Part shown: piece by piece, positions 20,368 to 31,200 of the stretch
Layout of the letters: every line of letters starts with the position of its first letter
Position numbering within the stretch: the stretch's first letter is position 1
Origin: Bacillota bacterium
Lineage (GTDB): Bacteria > Bacillota > Negativicutes > Sporomusales > UBA7701
Assembly: GCA_023415775.1 (NCBI GenBank)
Contig: JAEZJM010000014.1
Span: 29,784 to 93,783, forward strand
Length of the DNA stretch: 64,000 bases
Direction of reading: 5' to 3'
Program-made: the position numbers and the translations under genes
Notes under the pieces: model-generated
The model's input: the letters and a program-made list of their open reading frames with translations, nothing else
Database searches by the model: none
Told to the model about the DNA's origin: nothing

Positions 20368-21761
20368 CTCGCTTGGGCCGGGGCCATATGCAGCCTGCGG
20401 CCTTTGTAAAATTCTTCGTACAGTTTGCTCCGGTAGGAATGATGCTTCGCGTCCAGCAGCGTGTTGGTGATGCGGTCGAGGAGGTTCGCCGTCCCGGTGT
20501 AGCCGACCGAAAGGATACGCTGGCCGCCCATGCGGTCGAGAATGGGAAAGCCCAGCCTGACCAGCGGGATGCCCTCCTTCTCAGTCAGGTAGCGGCCGTC
20601 CGAGGGTCCGATGGCGACGTTGACCCCGGCCGCGGCGCTACGGAAACGGATTTCGGCAAAGTCGGTTTCGCTGAGAAAATAGCTCGGCTCGGGAGACTCG
20701 GCCAAAGCGGCCTTGAAAAGGGAATCCGCCGCGTCGCCGGCGCCGCCGGCCGCCACTACCGTCGGCCAGATGCCGTTTTCCAGGCAGGTCCGCGTGACGG
20801 CGTAGACCATTTCCGGCTCGCCGAAAATAGCGCTGCGGCCGGCGAAATTATGCTTATGGGAATCGATCATCGCGTCCAGCAGGCGGCCCCGCTCGGCCAG
20901 CAGATCGTCCGGCGCCTTGCGGCCGGTTATTTCCCGCAGTGTCCGCAGAAAGAGGTCGGTTGCCGCCACCCCGATAGGGATGGGCAGGCGGTGGAGAGCG
21001 ACGCCGTATTCGTCGGCCAGCAGCTGGCCGGGGGAGATAGCCGGCGCCACCGTCACCCCCATCTCGATGGTCGCCGCCGCCCCGGTCATGGCCCGGATGT
21101 CGGCCAGCCGCGTCCCCCCCGGCGCCATCCTGGTATAATGCTCCCCGTAAGGCCGGTCGAGGGTGTCGGCGAAGTCGGGCAGCAGGGTGTACTCGATGTC
21201 CATCGCCGCCAGCAGGCGTTTTATCTCGCGAAGATCGGCCGGACTGACGTTGGCGGCGATGATGTTGATCTTGTCGTGCCGCGGCGTCGGCACAGCCAGA
21301 GCGGCGACGATCCGCCGCAGGGCCAGGTAGTAGCCGTCGGCCTGGCTGCCTCCATAGCCGGGCGTACTCACCGGCACGACGACCAAATCGGCCAGGCCGC
21401 GCTCGGCCAGATACTCGGCCGCCAGCCGCTCGATATCCTCGCCGATCGTCTCCGCCAGGCAGGTGGTGAGAACGCCGATCAGCCGCGGATTATAGACCCT
21501 GCGGATGTTATCGAGCGCCTGTTTGAGGTTTTCCCCGCCGCCATAGACGGTGCCCTTCTCGCTCAAAGCCGAGGAGGCGACGTCGACAGGCTCGTTGAAA
21601 TGCTCGGCGATCGTGCGGCGCATATAGGTGCTGCACCCCTGGGACCCGTGAATCAGCACCATCGACCCCTCCACCCCCTTGAGGGGCAGGATGCCGCCGA
21701 TGGGCATGCACATATGGCAGGGGTTTTCGCTGACGCATTTCGCCGTCTTCAGCTCAGCCAC
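20364..21761 (-). CDS. nifN: Nitrogenase FeMo-co scaffold protein NifN
   Basis: NPCHMCMPIG, HGSQGCSTYMRR and TTCLAETIGED; follows nifE. Confidence 0.88.
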   Translation of the reverse strand: MAELKTAKCVSENPCHMCMPIGGILPLKGVEGSMVLIHGSQGCSTYMRRTIAEHFNEPVDVASSALSEKGTVYGGGENLKQALDNIRRVYNPRLIGVLTTCLAETIGEDIERLAAEYLAERGLADLVVVPVSTPGYGGSQADGYYLALRRIVAALAVPTPRHDKINIIAANVSPADLREIKRLLAAMDIEYTLLPDFADTLDRPYGEHYTRMAPGGTRLADIRAMTGAAATIEMGVTVAPAISPGQLLADEYGVALHRLPIPIGVAATDLFLRTLREITGRKAPDDLLAERGRLLDAMIDSHKHNFAGRSAIFGEPEMVYAVTRTCLENGIWPTVVAAGGAGDAADSLFKAALAESPEPSYFLSETDFAEIRFRSAAAGVNVAIGPSDGRYLTEKEGIPLVRLGFPILDRMGGQRILSVGYTGTANLLDRITNTLLDAKHHSYRSKLYEEFYKGRRLHMAPAQAR

Positions 21762-23130
21762 TCAGATCGCCTCCTGTCTTCACCTGCCGCCACACCGGCG
21801 AGCAGAGGGTTGTGTACACTTCGGCCGCGAAGTTGACGGCGCCGGCGAAACCGGACAGGGGATGCTTGCGGTCGTGGTTGTGGTCGATGAAGGCCCGCCC
21901 GAGCTTGTAGGCCAGCGGCCGTTCCTTGACCCCGCCCACCAGCAGGTCGGCTCCCTGCTCGGTCATGAATCTCTCCAGCTCCGCCGGGTTGGCGTCGTCG
22001 AGGATGACGGTGCCGTCGGCCACCAGGGAATCGATGGTCGCGTACTCGTCCTTGCGGCCGGTCTGGGTGCCCACCATCACCACCTCGATACCCAGCTCGC
22101 GGAACTGCTTGATGAGCGAGATGGCCTTGAAGCCGCCGCCTACGTAAACCGCCGCCTTCTTGCCGGTCAGCTTGGCCCGGTAGCTGTCGATGACCGGCAG
22201 CGCTACAGCCGTCTCGCAGGCGATAAGTTCCTCGGCCCGCCGGCTCAAATCCCCGCCGCCCAGAGCGGCGGCGATGCGGCGGAGCGAATCGGCGGTGTCG
22301 GCCAGCCCCAGGAAGGAAACCCGCATATAGGGGATGCCGTAGGTTTCCTCCAGCCGGCCGGCCAGATAGGCCATCGAGCCGGCGCACTGCATGATGTTCA
22401 GGCAGGCGCGGGTGGACTTCTTCAGCTCGCCGTAGCTGGCGTCGCCGGTAAAGACCACGTTCACGTCAACCCCGATCTGCGCCAGATAATCGCGGATAAT
22501 CCACGCCTCACCGGCCAGGTTGAAGTCGCCGAGATAATTGATGCCCCTGTCCTTGCCGACGGCTGCCGCCTCCGCTGCCGTTCCCGGGGCTATGAGGCGG
22601 AAAAGAGCGTCGCAGGCCGCCCGGTAGCCGGCGGCCTTGTTGCCGGCGAAGCCGCTCGACTGCACGGGGATGACCTCGATGCCGTGGCGGCTCGCCGCCG
22701 CTTTGGCGACCGCCTCTAGGTCGTCGCCGATCACGCCCACGATGCAGGTGGAATACACAAAAACAAGTTTAGGGGCGTATTTGGCGACAAGCTCGTCGAT
22801 GGCTGCTGCCAATTTCTTCTCGCCGCCGAAGATGATGTCCCGCTCCTTGAGATCGGTGGAAAAACTGTTGCGATACAGATCGGCGCCGCTGGTGAGGCTG
22901 CCGCGGATGTCCCAGGTATAGCTGGCGCAGCCGATCGGCCCGTGCACCAGGTGGATGGCGTCGGTTATGGGATTGAGGACGACGCGGGCCCCGCAGTAGA
23001 CGCAGGCCCGTTGGCTGACGGCGCCGGCGATGCTGTCGTCGTCGCATTTGAGGCGGCTTATCTGCCGGCCCTTAGTCGTGATAAAGTCCTGCCGCCCGTC
23101 GATCGCTAAAGCCTGCGCCATAGTTTTCAC
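21754..23130 (-). CDS. nifE: Nitrogenase FeMo-co scaffold protein NifE
   Basis: AGAVSQRACVYCGAR, HGPIGCASYTWDIRGS and NHDRKHP motifs. Confidence 0.92.
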   Translation of the reverse strand: MKTMAQALAIDGRQDFITTKGRQISRLKCDDDSIAGAVSQRACVYCGARVVLNPITDAIHLVHGPIGCASYTWDIRGSLTSGADLYRNSFSTDLKERDIIFGGEKKLAAAIDELVAKYAPKLVFVYSTCIVGVIGDDLEAVAKAAASRHGIEVIPVQSSGFAGNKAAGYRAACDALFRLIAPGTAAEAAAVGKDRGINYLGDFNLAGEAWIIRDYLAQIGVDVNVVFTGDASYGELKKSTRACLNIMQCAGSMAYLAGRLEETYGIPYMRVSFLGLADTADSLRRIAAALGGGDLSRRAEELIACETAVALPVIDSYRAKLTGKKAAVYVGGGFKAISLIKQFRELGIEVVMVGTQTGRKDEYATIDSLVADGTVILDDANPAELERFMTEQGADLLVGGVKERPLAYKLGRAFIDHNHDRKHPLSGFAGAVNFAAEVYTTLCSPVWRQVKTGGDLSG

Positions 23131-23157
23131 TCCCTTTTCCCGCTGGTGCGGTAGTTA

Positions 23158-24546
23158 TTACATTACCAATTCAAAGTACTCGTCGGCCGCGTCGCGGTCC
23201 TGGCGATCAAGCAGCGCGCCGGCGATCATCTCGATCAGCCGCATCGCCCCCCGGTAGCCGACGACCGGCAGGTAGGAATGGACGCTGCGGTCGAGGATGG
23301 GGAACCCCACACGGACGAAGGGTACGTCTTCCGCCCTGGCGATATACTTGCCGTACGTGTTGCCGATCAAAAGATCGACCGGTTCGTTCTTGATCAGCTG
23401 GTGAAGGGTGAAAAGATCGCCTCCCGCCTTGATGTTGGCCTTGAGGCCGGCCTGGCCGACGATCGCGGCGATGTCCTCCTCGAAGCTGCCGACATCCGAG
23501 CCGATGGCGCCGCCCGGCGTGCCGGTCAGAACATGCACCGGCGCCATACCGAGGCTGACGGCGAATTCCGTCAGGCCGGTGACGATGTCGGGGTCGCCGA
23601 AAATAGCCACCTTCTTACCGTGGAAATGGAAATGGGTATCTGTCATGATATCGACCAGCTGGCCGCGCTCCTCCTCCAGCTCCCACGGCACCTCGCGGAC
23701 GAAGGCTCGCCTCAGCGCCATCACCAGGGCATCGGTGGCCTTGATGCCGATCGGCGTCTTGAGGGTGACGGCCGGCACCTTGCACTTTTTGGCCAGCGCT
23801 TCGGCGGCGTCGCTGGACGCGAACCGGCCGAGAGCCACGGTGAGCTTGCTGTTGCCGCTGTCGCCCAGCTCGCTTAGCGTCGTCCCGCCTTTGGGGAACA
23901 TCACGAACTCGCCGGTCATCGGCGTATCGACGACGCCGCTGGTGTCGGGAAACATGACGAAGGGCGCGCCCATCAGCTGGGCGATGCGCTTGATCTCCCT
24001 CATATCTCCGGGGTTGACGAAGCCGGGGATGAGGTTGACCTGCTCCTTCTTGATAGCGGCAGCGGCCTCGGCAAAGTAACCGACCATCGCCTTGGTCATG
24101 TTGGAGAACCCGGTGATATGGGAGCCCTGATAGCTGGGGGTGTTGGCGTGGAAAACAACTTTGCCCTCCGGGATATCGGCTTCCTTGATGATGCTGGGGA
24201 TGTCGTCGCCGATCGTCTCGGTCAGGCAGGTGGTATGGACGGCGATGATTTCCGGATTGTAGATCTGGAAAATGTTCTTGATCGCCGTCTTCAGGTTGGC
24301 GCCGCCGCCGAAGACTGATGCGCCCTCGGTGAAAGAACTGGTCGAAGCCATTACCGGGTCGCGGAAATGGCGGGTCAGGTGCATGCGGTGAAACGAACAG
24401 CAGCCCTGCGAACCGTGGCTGTGAGGCAGGCAGCCGTGCACCCCCAGGGCGGCATACATGGCGCCGATGGGCTGGCAGGTCTTGGCGGGATTTATCATGC
24501 CGCCGCTGGTGCGTTCGTTAAATTCCTTGGGGGTTGCGTCAAGCAT
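23158..24546 (-). CDS. nifK: Nitrogenase MoFe protein beta chain
   Basis: NPAKTCQPIGA, HGSQGCCSFHR and TTCLTETIGDD motifs. Confidence 0.95.
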   Translation of the reverse strand: MLDATPKEFNERTSGGMINPAKTCQPIGAMYAALGVHGCLPHSHGSQGCCSFHRMHLTRHFRDPVMASTSSFTEGASVFGGGANLKTAIKNIFQIYNPEIIAVHTTCLTETIGDDIPSIIKEADIPEGKVVFHANTPSYQGSHITGFSNMTKAMVGYFAEAAAAIKKEQVNLIPGFVNPGDMREIKRIAQLMGAPFVMFPDTSGVVDTPMTGEFVMFPKGGTTLSELGDSGNSKLTVALGRFASSDAAEALAKKCKVPAVTLKTPIGIKATDALVMALRRAFVREVPWELEEERGQLVDIMTDTHFHFHGKKVAIFGDPDIVTGLTEFAVSLGMAPVHVLTGTPGGAIGSDVGSFEEDIAAIVGQAGLKANIKAGGDLFTLHQLIKNEPVDLLIGNTYGKYIARAEDVPFVRVGFPILDRSVHSYLPVVGYRGAMRLIEMIAGALLDRQDRDAADEYFELVM

Positions 24547-24547
24547 A

Positions 24548-26161
24548 TCAGGCCACTCCTTCCTCGGTTACCGAGCCGGTCAAAAGCGGCTCATCCTTCC
24601 AGGGGGGAACGATAAAGTTCCAGGTCGGGGAAACGAAACCCATGCTCACGTCGCGGGCGAAATTCACGGCGCCGTTGAAACCGGCGTAGGGGCCGCTGTA
24701 ATCGTAGGAATGCAGCTGCTTGGCCGGGATGCCCATCTTCTGCACGACATACTTATCTTTGATGCCGGAGGCAAAGATGTCCGGCTTCAGGAGCTTGATG
24801 AACTCCTCTGTCTCATAGTGGTTTAGATCGTCGACCATAATCGTGCCGTCCGCCATTTCGGCGTGCATGCCGGCATAGTAGCTTAGGGGTATCTGCCTTT
24901 TCAACTCAGCCAGCCTTTCCGGCGACATCTTGAGGCGGAAACGGCGCTCGTCGGCGGCAACATGGAGGTCGGGGATGTTCTTCGAGTCCGCGTCTGTCTT
25001 AATTTCCGGGATGACCTCCCGCCCCTCGTAGTCGTCGCGGTGGGCGAACTCGTAGCCGGCCAGCACCGTGTCGATGCCCAGTTCGGCGAACAGGCCCTGA
25101 TAGTGGTGTCCGCGCGACCCGCCCACAAAGCAGAACGCCGTCTTGCCCTCGCACAGCTTGCGGTATTGCTCCATCTGCGGCTCCACCCTTGCGAGCTCGC
25201 GGGCGATGACCTCTTCCGTCCGGGCGGTAAGCGCCGGGTCATCGAAGTAGCGGGCCATATTGCGCAGCGATTCGGCGGTGGCTGCGACGCCGATGAAATT
25301 GACCTTCAGCCAGGGTGTGCCGTACTTCGTCTCCAGCATGCCGGCGATATAGTTGATCGAGCGGTGGCATTGCACGAGATTAAGCTCGGCGGTGTGGGCG
25401 TTCCGGAGATCGGCGTAGGAGCCGTCGCCCGTCATGACCGAAACGACCGTGTAGCCTGCCTCCCCCAGTATCCGCTCGATCTCCCAGCTGTCGCCGCCGA
25501 TGTTGTACTCGCCGAGGATGTTTATGGGGTACTTGCCAGGGGCCTCCTCGCGCTCGCCGGCGCCGATCACCCTTTCCATCAAGCCGTTGTTGGCGATATG
25601 ATGGCCGGCCGACTGGCTCACCCCTTTGTAGCCTTCGCAGCTGAACGCCAGGATGGGGATGCCCAGCCGCGCCTCGGCCGCCTTGGCCACGGCGTTGATA
25701 TCGTCGCCGATCAGCCCTACCGGACAGGTTGCCGAAACGGTGATCGCCTTGGGCTTAAATATCTCCGCGACCTCGTCGATAACCCTGGCCAGTTTTTTCT
25801 CGCCGCCGAAAACGATATCGCTCTCCTGCATATCGGTGGAGACGCAATAATTCATGAAATTCTGGCCGGGGTCCTCAGACCTCGCCTTATTGCGGCGGGC
25901 GCCCCAGGTATAGAAGGCGCAGCCGATCGGTCCGTGGGTGATGTGCACCATATCCTTGAGCGGGCCGAGCACCACGCCCTTGCAGCCGGCGTAGGCGCAG
26001 CCGCGGTTGGTGATAACGCCGGGGATGGTGCGGGTGTTGGCTTCTATCTCCTGCCTGCCGGCCGCCGAATCCTTGATAACGATATGTTTCTTGCGGTTCT
26101 TTTCCACCTTCGCCGGGTATTTAGCCAGCATCTCGCTGATTTGCTCCAGGGTCATGGCCAT
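24548..26161 (-). CDS. nifD: Nitrogenase MoFe protein alpha chain (clostridial type with an internal insertion)
   Basis: RGCAYAGCKG, HGPIGC, GVSQSAGHH, and FeMo-co ligand motifs QCHRS and QLHSYDY. Confidence 0.95.
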   Translation of the reverse strand: MAMTLEQISEMLAKYPAKVEKNRKKHIVIKDSAAGRQEIEANTRTIPGVITNRGCAYAGCKGVVLGPLKDMVHITHGPIGCAFYTWGARRNKARSEDPGQNFMNYCVSTDMQESDIVFGGEKKLARVIDEVAEIFKPKAITVSATCPVGLIGDDINAVAKAAEARLGIPILAFSCEGYKGVSQSAGHHIANNGLMERVIGAGEREEAPGKYPINILGEYNIGGDSWEIERILGEAGYTVVSVMTGDGSYADLRNAHTAELNLVQCHRSINYIAGMLETKYGTPWLKVNFIGVAATAESLRNMARYFDDPALTARTEEVIARELARVEPQMEQYRKLCEGKTAFCFVGGSRGHHYQGLFAELGIDTVLAGYEFAHRDDYEGREVIPEIKTDADSKNIPDLHVAADERRFRLKMSPERLAELKRQIPLSYYAGMHAEMADGTIMVDDLNHYETEEFIKLLKPDIFASGIKDKYVVQKMGIPAKQLHSYDYSGPYAGFNGAVNFARDVSMGFVSPTWNFIVPPWKDEPLLTGSVTEEGVA

Positions 26162-26179
26162 CTTCCATACCTCCTTTTC

Positions 26180-26593
26180 TTACAGGGCGGCGTCGCCGGC
26201 TTCGCCCGTCCGCACGCGGACGGCGTCGAGGACAGGCAGGACGAAGATTTTGCCGTCGCCCACCTTATTAGTGGTGCGGTTGGCTTTCATGATCGCGTCG
26301 ACGATACGGGGCACATCCTGATCGTAGGCCATGATGGTGAACAGCCTCCGGGGGAAAAGCCGCGAGCCGTCCAGGAAGCCGTCGACGAGCTGTTCCGTCT
26401 CCGCCGGCTCCACCTCGTCGCCGGCCAGGGCCAGCAGCCTCGCCTTGCGCTCGGCGATCACCGACGGATCGTCGACCAGCTTGCCCCGGCCCAGCACCTT
26501 GGCGGCGGTGAAGCCCGCCACCCCGGCCTCGACCAAAGCCCGTTTCATGGCGTTGGTTTTATTCATGCGGATGACCGCGATAATCTCCTTCAT
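26180..26593 (-). CDS. nifI2: PII-family nitrogenase regulator NifI2
   Basis: MKEIIAVIRMNK...GRGK...GDGKIFV...RTGE, located between nifI1 and nifD. Confidence 0.88.
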   Translation of the reverse strand: MKEIIAVIRMNKTNAMKRALVEAGVAGFTAAKVLGRGKLVDDPSVIAERKARLLALAGDEVEPAETEQLVDGFLDGSRLFPRRLFTIMAYDQDVPRIVDAIMKANRTTNKVGDGKIFVLPVLDAVRVRTGEAGDAAL

Positions 26594-26604
26594 CTTCAGT
26601 CCCC

Positions 26605-26931
26605 CTACAGGCCCTTGGCGCCGCTGGAAATGGTGTAAGCCTCCTCCATCGGGCTGACGAACACCTTGCCGTCGCCGTAGGCGCCTTTTTCGCTCGTTTT
26701 GGCCGCGGCCAGCACCGTGCGGACGACGTCGTCCTTATCCTCGTCGCGAACAGCCATGAGAATGAGCGACTTGGGAATTTCGTCGTAAATAATGCCGCCG
26801 ATTTTGATGCCCTTTTGCTTGCCGCGGCCGACGACGTCCACGACCGTAGCGGCGTGGAAACCGGCCCGCGATAATTCGGCAAGCACCTCGTCCTTCTTCT
26901 CAGGTCTGACGATTGCGCGAATGAGTAACAT
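26605..26931 (-). CDS. nifI1: PII-family nitrogenase regulator NifI1
   Basis: AIVRPEK...GRGKQKG...YDEIPK...GDGKVFV; follows nifH. Confidence 0.9.
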   Translation of the reverse strand: MLLIRAIVRPEKKDEVLAELSRAGFHAATVVDVVGRGKQKGIKIGGIIYDEIPKSLILMAVRDEDKDDVVRTVLAAAKTSEKGAYGDGKVFVSPMEEAYTISSGAKGL

Positions 26932-26955
26932 TATCCTCGTCTCCCTTCAATCTAT

Positions 26956-27935
<980 letters not shown>

Positions 27936-27986
27936 CCTTTCGCCCGCGAAGACCCTCACCTCCTCGATTAAACCTGTATATGAACA

Positions 27987-28024
27987 CATCGGGGCTAATA
28001 AACAGCTGTTTATTAGCCCCGATG
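27987..28024. repeat. Perfect 38-bp palindrome in the nif leader
   Basis: CATCGGGGCTAATAAACAG|CTGTTTATTAGCCCCGATG. Confidence 0.85.
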
Positions 28025-28078
28025 CTATCATGCTGGTAAGCACTACGGACAATATTGGGTTGTAGCCACTAATAATAT

Positions 28079-28163
28079 AAAAAGGCACTCCGGAGCCGTG
28101 CTCCAAAGCGCCCTTGCTTTTTATATTGTCGTTACTATACCACAGACTTTTCGCGCCGGTCAA
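28079..28163 (-). promoter_or_regulatory. nif promoter (TTGACC-N18-TATAGT with extended -10 TG) followed by an ANTAR-like hairpin overlapping an intrinsic terminator
   Basis: On the minus strand, AAAGC-AAGGGC-GCTTT overlaps GGCGCTTTGGAGC-ACG-GCTCCGGAGTGCC-TTTTT. Confidence 0.65.
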
Positions 28164-28221
28164 TACCTCCGGCCATATTCGCAATATTCATTTTTCCCAT
28201 ACCGCAAAGACAGCGGCCGCT

Positions 28222-31200
28222 CTATTGATTCTGCCCCCGGCCGCCTGGGCCCGCCCCGCCGGTGTTTATGCCGCCGCCGCTGATGCCCAGCAGACCGCCA
28301 AGGGCCGTGGTGCCGCCCAGGCCGCCGGTCCCGCTTCCGAGGCTGCCGCCCATTCCTCCTGCGAACCCCCCGCCTCCGAAGCCTATGCCGCCCAGGCTGC
28401 CGCCACCTAGTCCGCCACCTAAGCCTGTGCCGCCGGTCCCGCTGCCTATGCCGCCCAGGCCGCCGCCTCCGGCCATTTGAAACGCGCCGCCCACCGCGCC
28501 GGTGTAGGCCGGGTTGGTGGCCGCCCTGACCGTCAGCACGCCGTTTGCATAGCTGACGATATAGTTGGGCGAGGCCAGCGTACCGGTCAGGTTGATGGCG
28601 TAGCTGCCCGCCGGCGAAGTAGTGGCCGCCATCGTGGCGAAGGTCAGGCCGCCGGTCAACGAGGCGGCGGTATCGCCCGCCCCCAGTCCGCTGTAGCGGG
28701 CGGTGAAGACCGGGTTGGCCTGCCCCTGCGTCTTGGCGGCATTGTCGGCCGTCACCGTCAGCGTCGCCTTAGCGATATCCGCCGTCGTCGCCGCCGTGGT
28801 GCCTGTCAGGTTATAGTTGCCGGCGTCGGCGCCGCTCAGGGTGATGCCGGTCACGCTCACCGCCTTGCCAGTCCCGGCGTTCTTGTCGGCGAAAGTCGCC
28901 GTGCCGCTCACCGTCAGGCTGTCGCCGCTCACGCGGTTGTCGCCGTAGGTGACGGCAGCGCCGGTCGTGCCGTCGTAAGTCTTGTTCACACCGCTCGCCG
29001 TGACGGTGATATCCCGCTGTAATATCATCATCGTGCCGGCGGCGTAGGTAATGTCGTAGCCCCGCTGGTCGGTGGAGTAGAGGCCGCTGGCGCGGGCGGC
29101 CTGAGCGCCCGCGCTTTTGCCGGCGGCGGTGACAACGGCGGTGCCCGCCAAATAGCTGTTGGGTGTGGCAGAGTAGAACACGCCGAGTGAGGTCGCCGTC
29201 GTGCCGTCATAGGTCTTGCCGCCGTTAAAGGCGGTGACGGTGAGCGGCGTGAGGAAGCTCCTGAGCAGGGGATAGCTGTAGCTGTTGTAGATACGCCAGA
29301 CGCCGTCGGCGGAAATCCCGTTCGCGTCGAAGCCCCAGCCGGCGTATTGGGATGCCTGTCGCATATTGGCTGTCGTCAGGCCGGTGCCGGCGGCGCTGGT
29401 GCTGAGGCCCGAGGCCTGTATGTCCCAGTAGCCGCCGGTTACGGTGCCGCCATCGTTCCACCCCACCAGACCGCCGACGGCATAGGCGCTGCTGCTGCTG
29501 ACGCTGCCAGCGCTGTAGGAGTTGGCGATGGTGCCCCTGTTAGCTCCCACCAGGCCGCCGACCGAGGCGCTGCTGCCGCTTACCGTGCCAGCGCTGTACG
29601 AGTTTGTGATGGTGCCGCCATCGTTCCACCCCACCAGACCGCCGACAGAGTTGCCGAGGATGCAGCTAACCGGGCTGGTGCTGTAGGAGCCGGTAATAGC
29701 GCCGCGGTTAACTCCGACCAGACCGCCGTAGGCGCCGGTGTAGCTGCTGCTGCTGCCGCCCACCGTGCCGGCGGTGCTGTAGGAGCCCGTGATGGTGCCG
29801 CTGTTTTCGCCGACAAGGCCGCCGACATTGGCATTGGTGCCGCCGGTGACAGCGGCGGTGTTGTAGGAGTTGGCGATGGTGCCGCCGTTGTTAATCCCCA
29901 CCAGGCCGCCGACCTGGGCATTAGTGCCGCCGCTGACCGTGCCGGTGACATACGTGTTGGCGATGCTGCCGGTGTTATACGCCGCCAGGCCGCCGACATA
30001 GCTGGTGCCGGCGCCTACGGCAGTTATGTTTGTCAGCCCCACGTTGCGGATGGTGCCCTGGTTGGTGCCGAACAAGCCGACGCTGGCGGTGGCGGGTTTG
30101 ACGGTCATGTTGCCGATGGTGTGTCCCAGGCCCTCGAAGATGCCGGTAAAGGCGGTCGCCGTGTAGGGGTCGCCAAGGGGCACGAAGCCGGCGCCGCTGT
30201 TCCAGCCGCTGGTGGCGCTGGCGTCGATGTCGGCGCCGAGGGCGTAATAGCCGGCGACGTTGCCGTTTATGCCCTGGAGGTCGGTCCCGGTCGTGCTGCC
30301 CGCCGCCCCCAGCAAGTTGATGACGGTGTAGTTCTTAAGGTTGATCATGAAGAAACCGCTGCCGGAACGTCCGGGAAAATCTACCCGGCCTTTGAAAGTG
30401 CCGTCGGCGTTCCTGCCCATGTTGACCTTGCCGCCGCCCGTCCCGAGGTAAAGCCTGGCTGTGCCGTTGGCGGTGAGGACGGCATTGATGTTTATGTCGT
30501 TGGTCGCGATGAAGGCCAACTCGTTGGCGCTCCATGTGATGGGGGCGTTGACGTTGATGCTGCCGGTGGCGTTAAGTTCGCAGTCGGTGTTACCGAGGTA
30601 GCTCATTATGGCTGACGCCATTCCGAAGTCGACGGTGATGTCGGTGGGGTCGAGGAGCCATTTGCCTATCTTGCCGGTCGGCGCCGCCGTCGTGATTTTC
30701 GTGTCCGGGGCGATATTCACGCTGGCCCCCGAGGTTTCGATGAAGCCGCCGTCGCCGCCCTGAGGGGCCGACGCGTCCAGCGTGCCGCCGACATTGACCG
30801 TGCTGCCGATCAGCTTTATCACGCCGCGCTCGGTACTCACCGTCTGCGCCCGAATGACGCCGCTGTTGTTGACCACCGTGTTCAAAAGCGCGTCCATCGT
30901 CCCGGTCGTCATCAGCACCAGCCCGCCGGGCGCGGTGATGCTGCCGCTGTTCGTGACGCTGCTGCCCGCCGCCGCCGTGTCCACCGTCACGTTCAGCAGC
31001 TTGTCCCCGGAAAAGTCGAGGCTTACCTTGGCCCCCGCCGTCAGGCCGACCACCCGCGCCGCCACCGTGCCCTCGTTTTTGACCTGCGGCCCGATGAATA
31101 CCGCGTGGTCGCCGGCCGTGATGCCGCCCTGGTTGATGACCGCGCCGGCGCTGCCGTTCTTCGCGAATACATATTTGCCGCTTAAAAAGTCGCTATCGGA

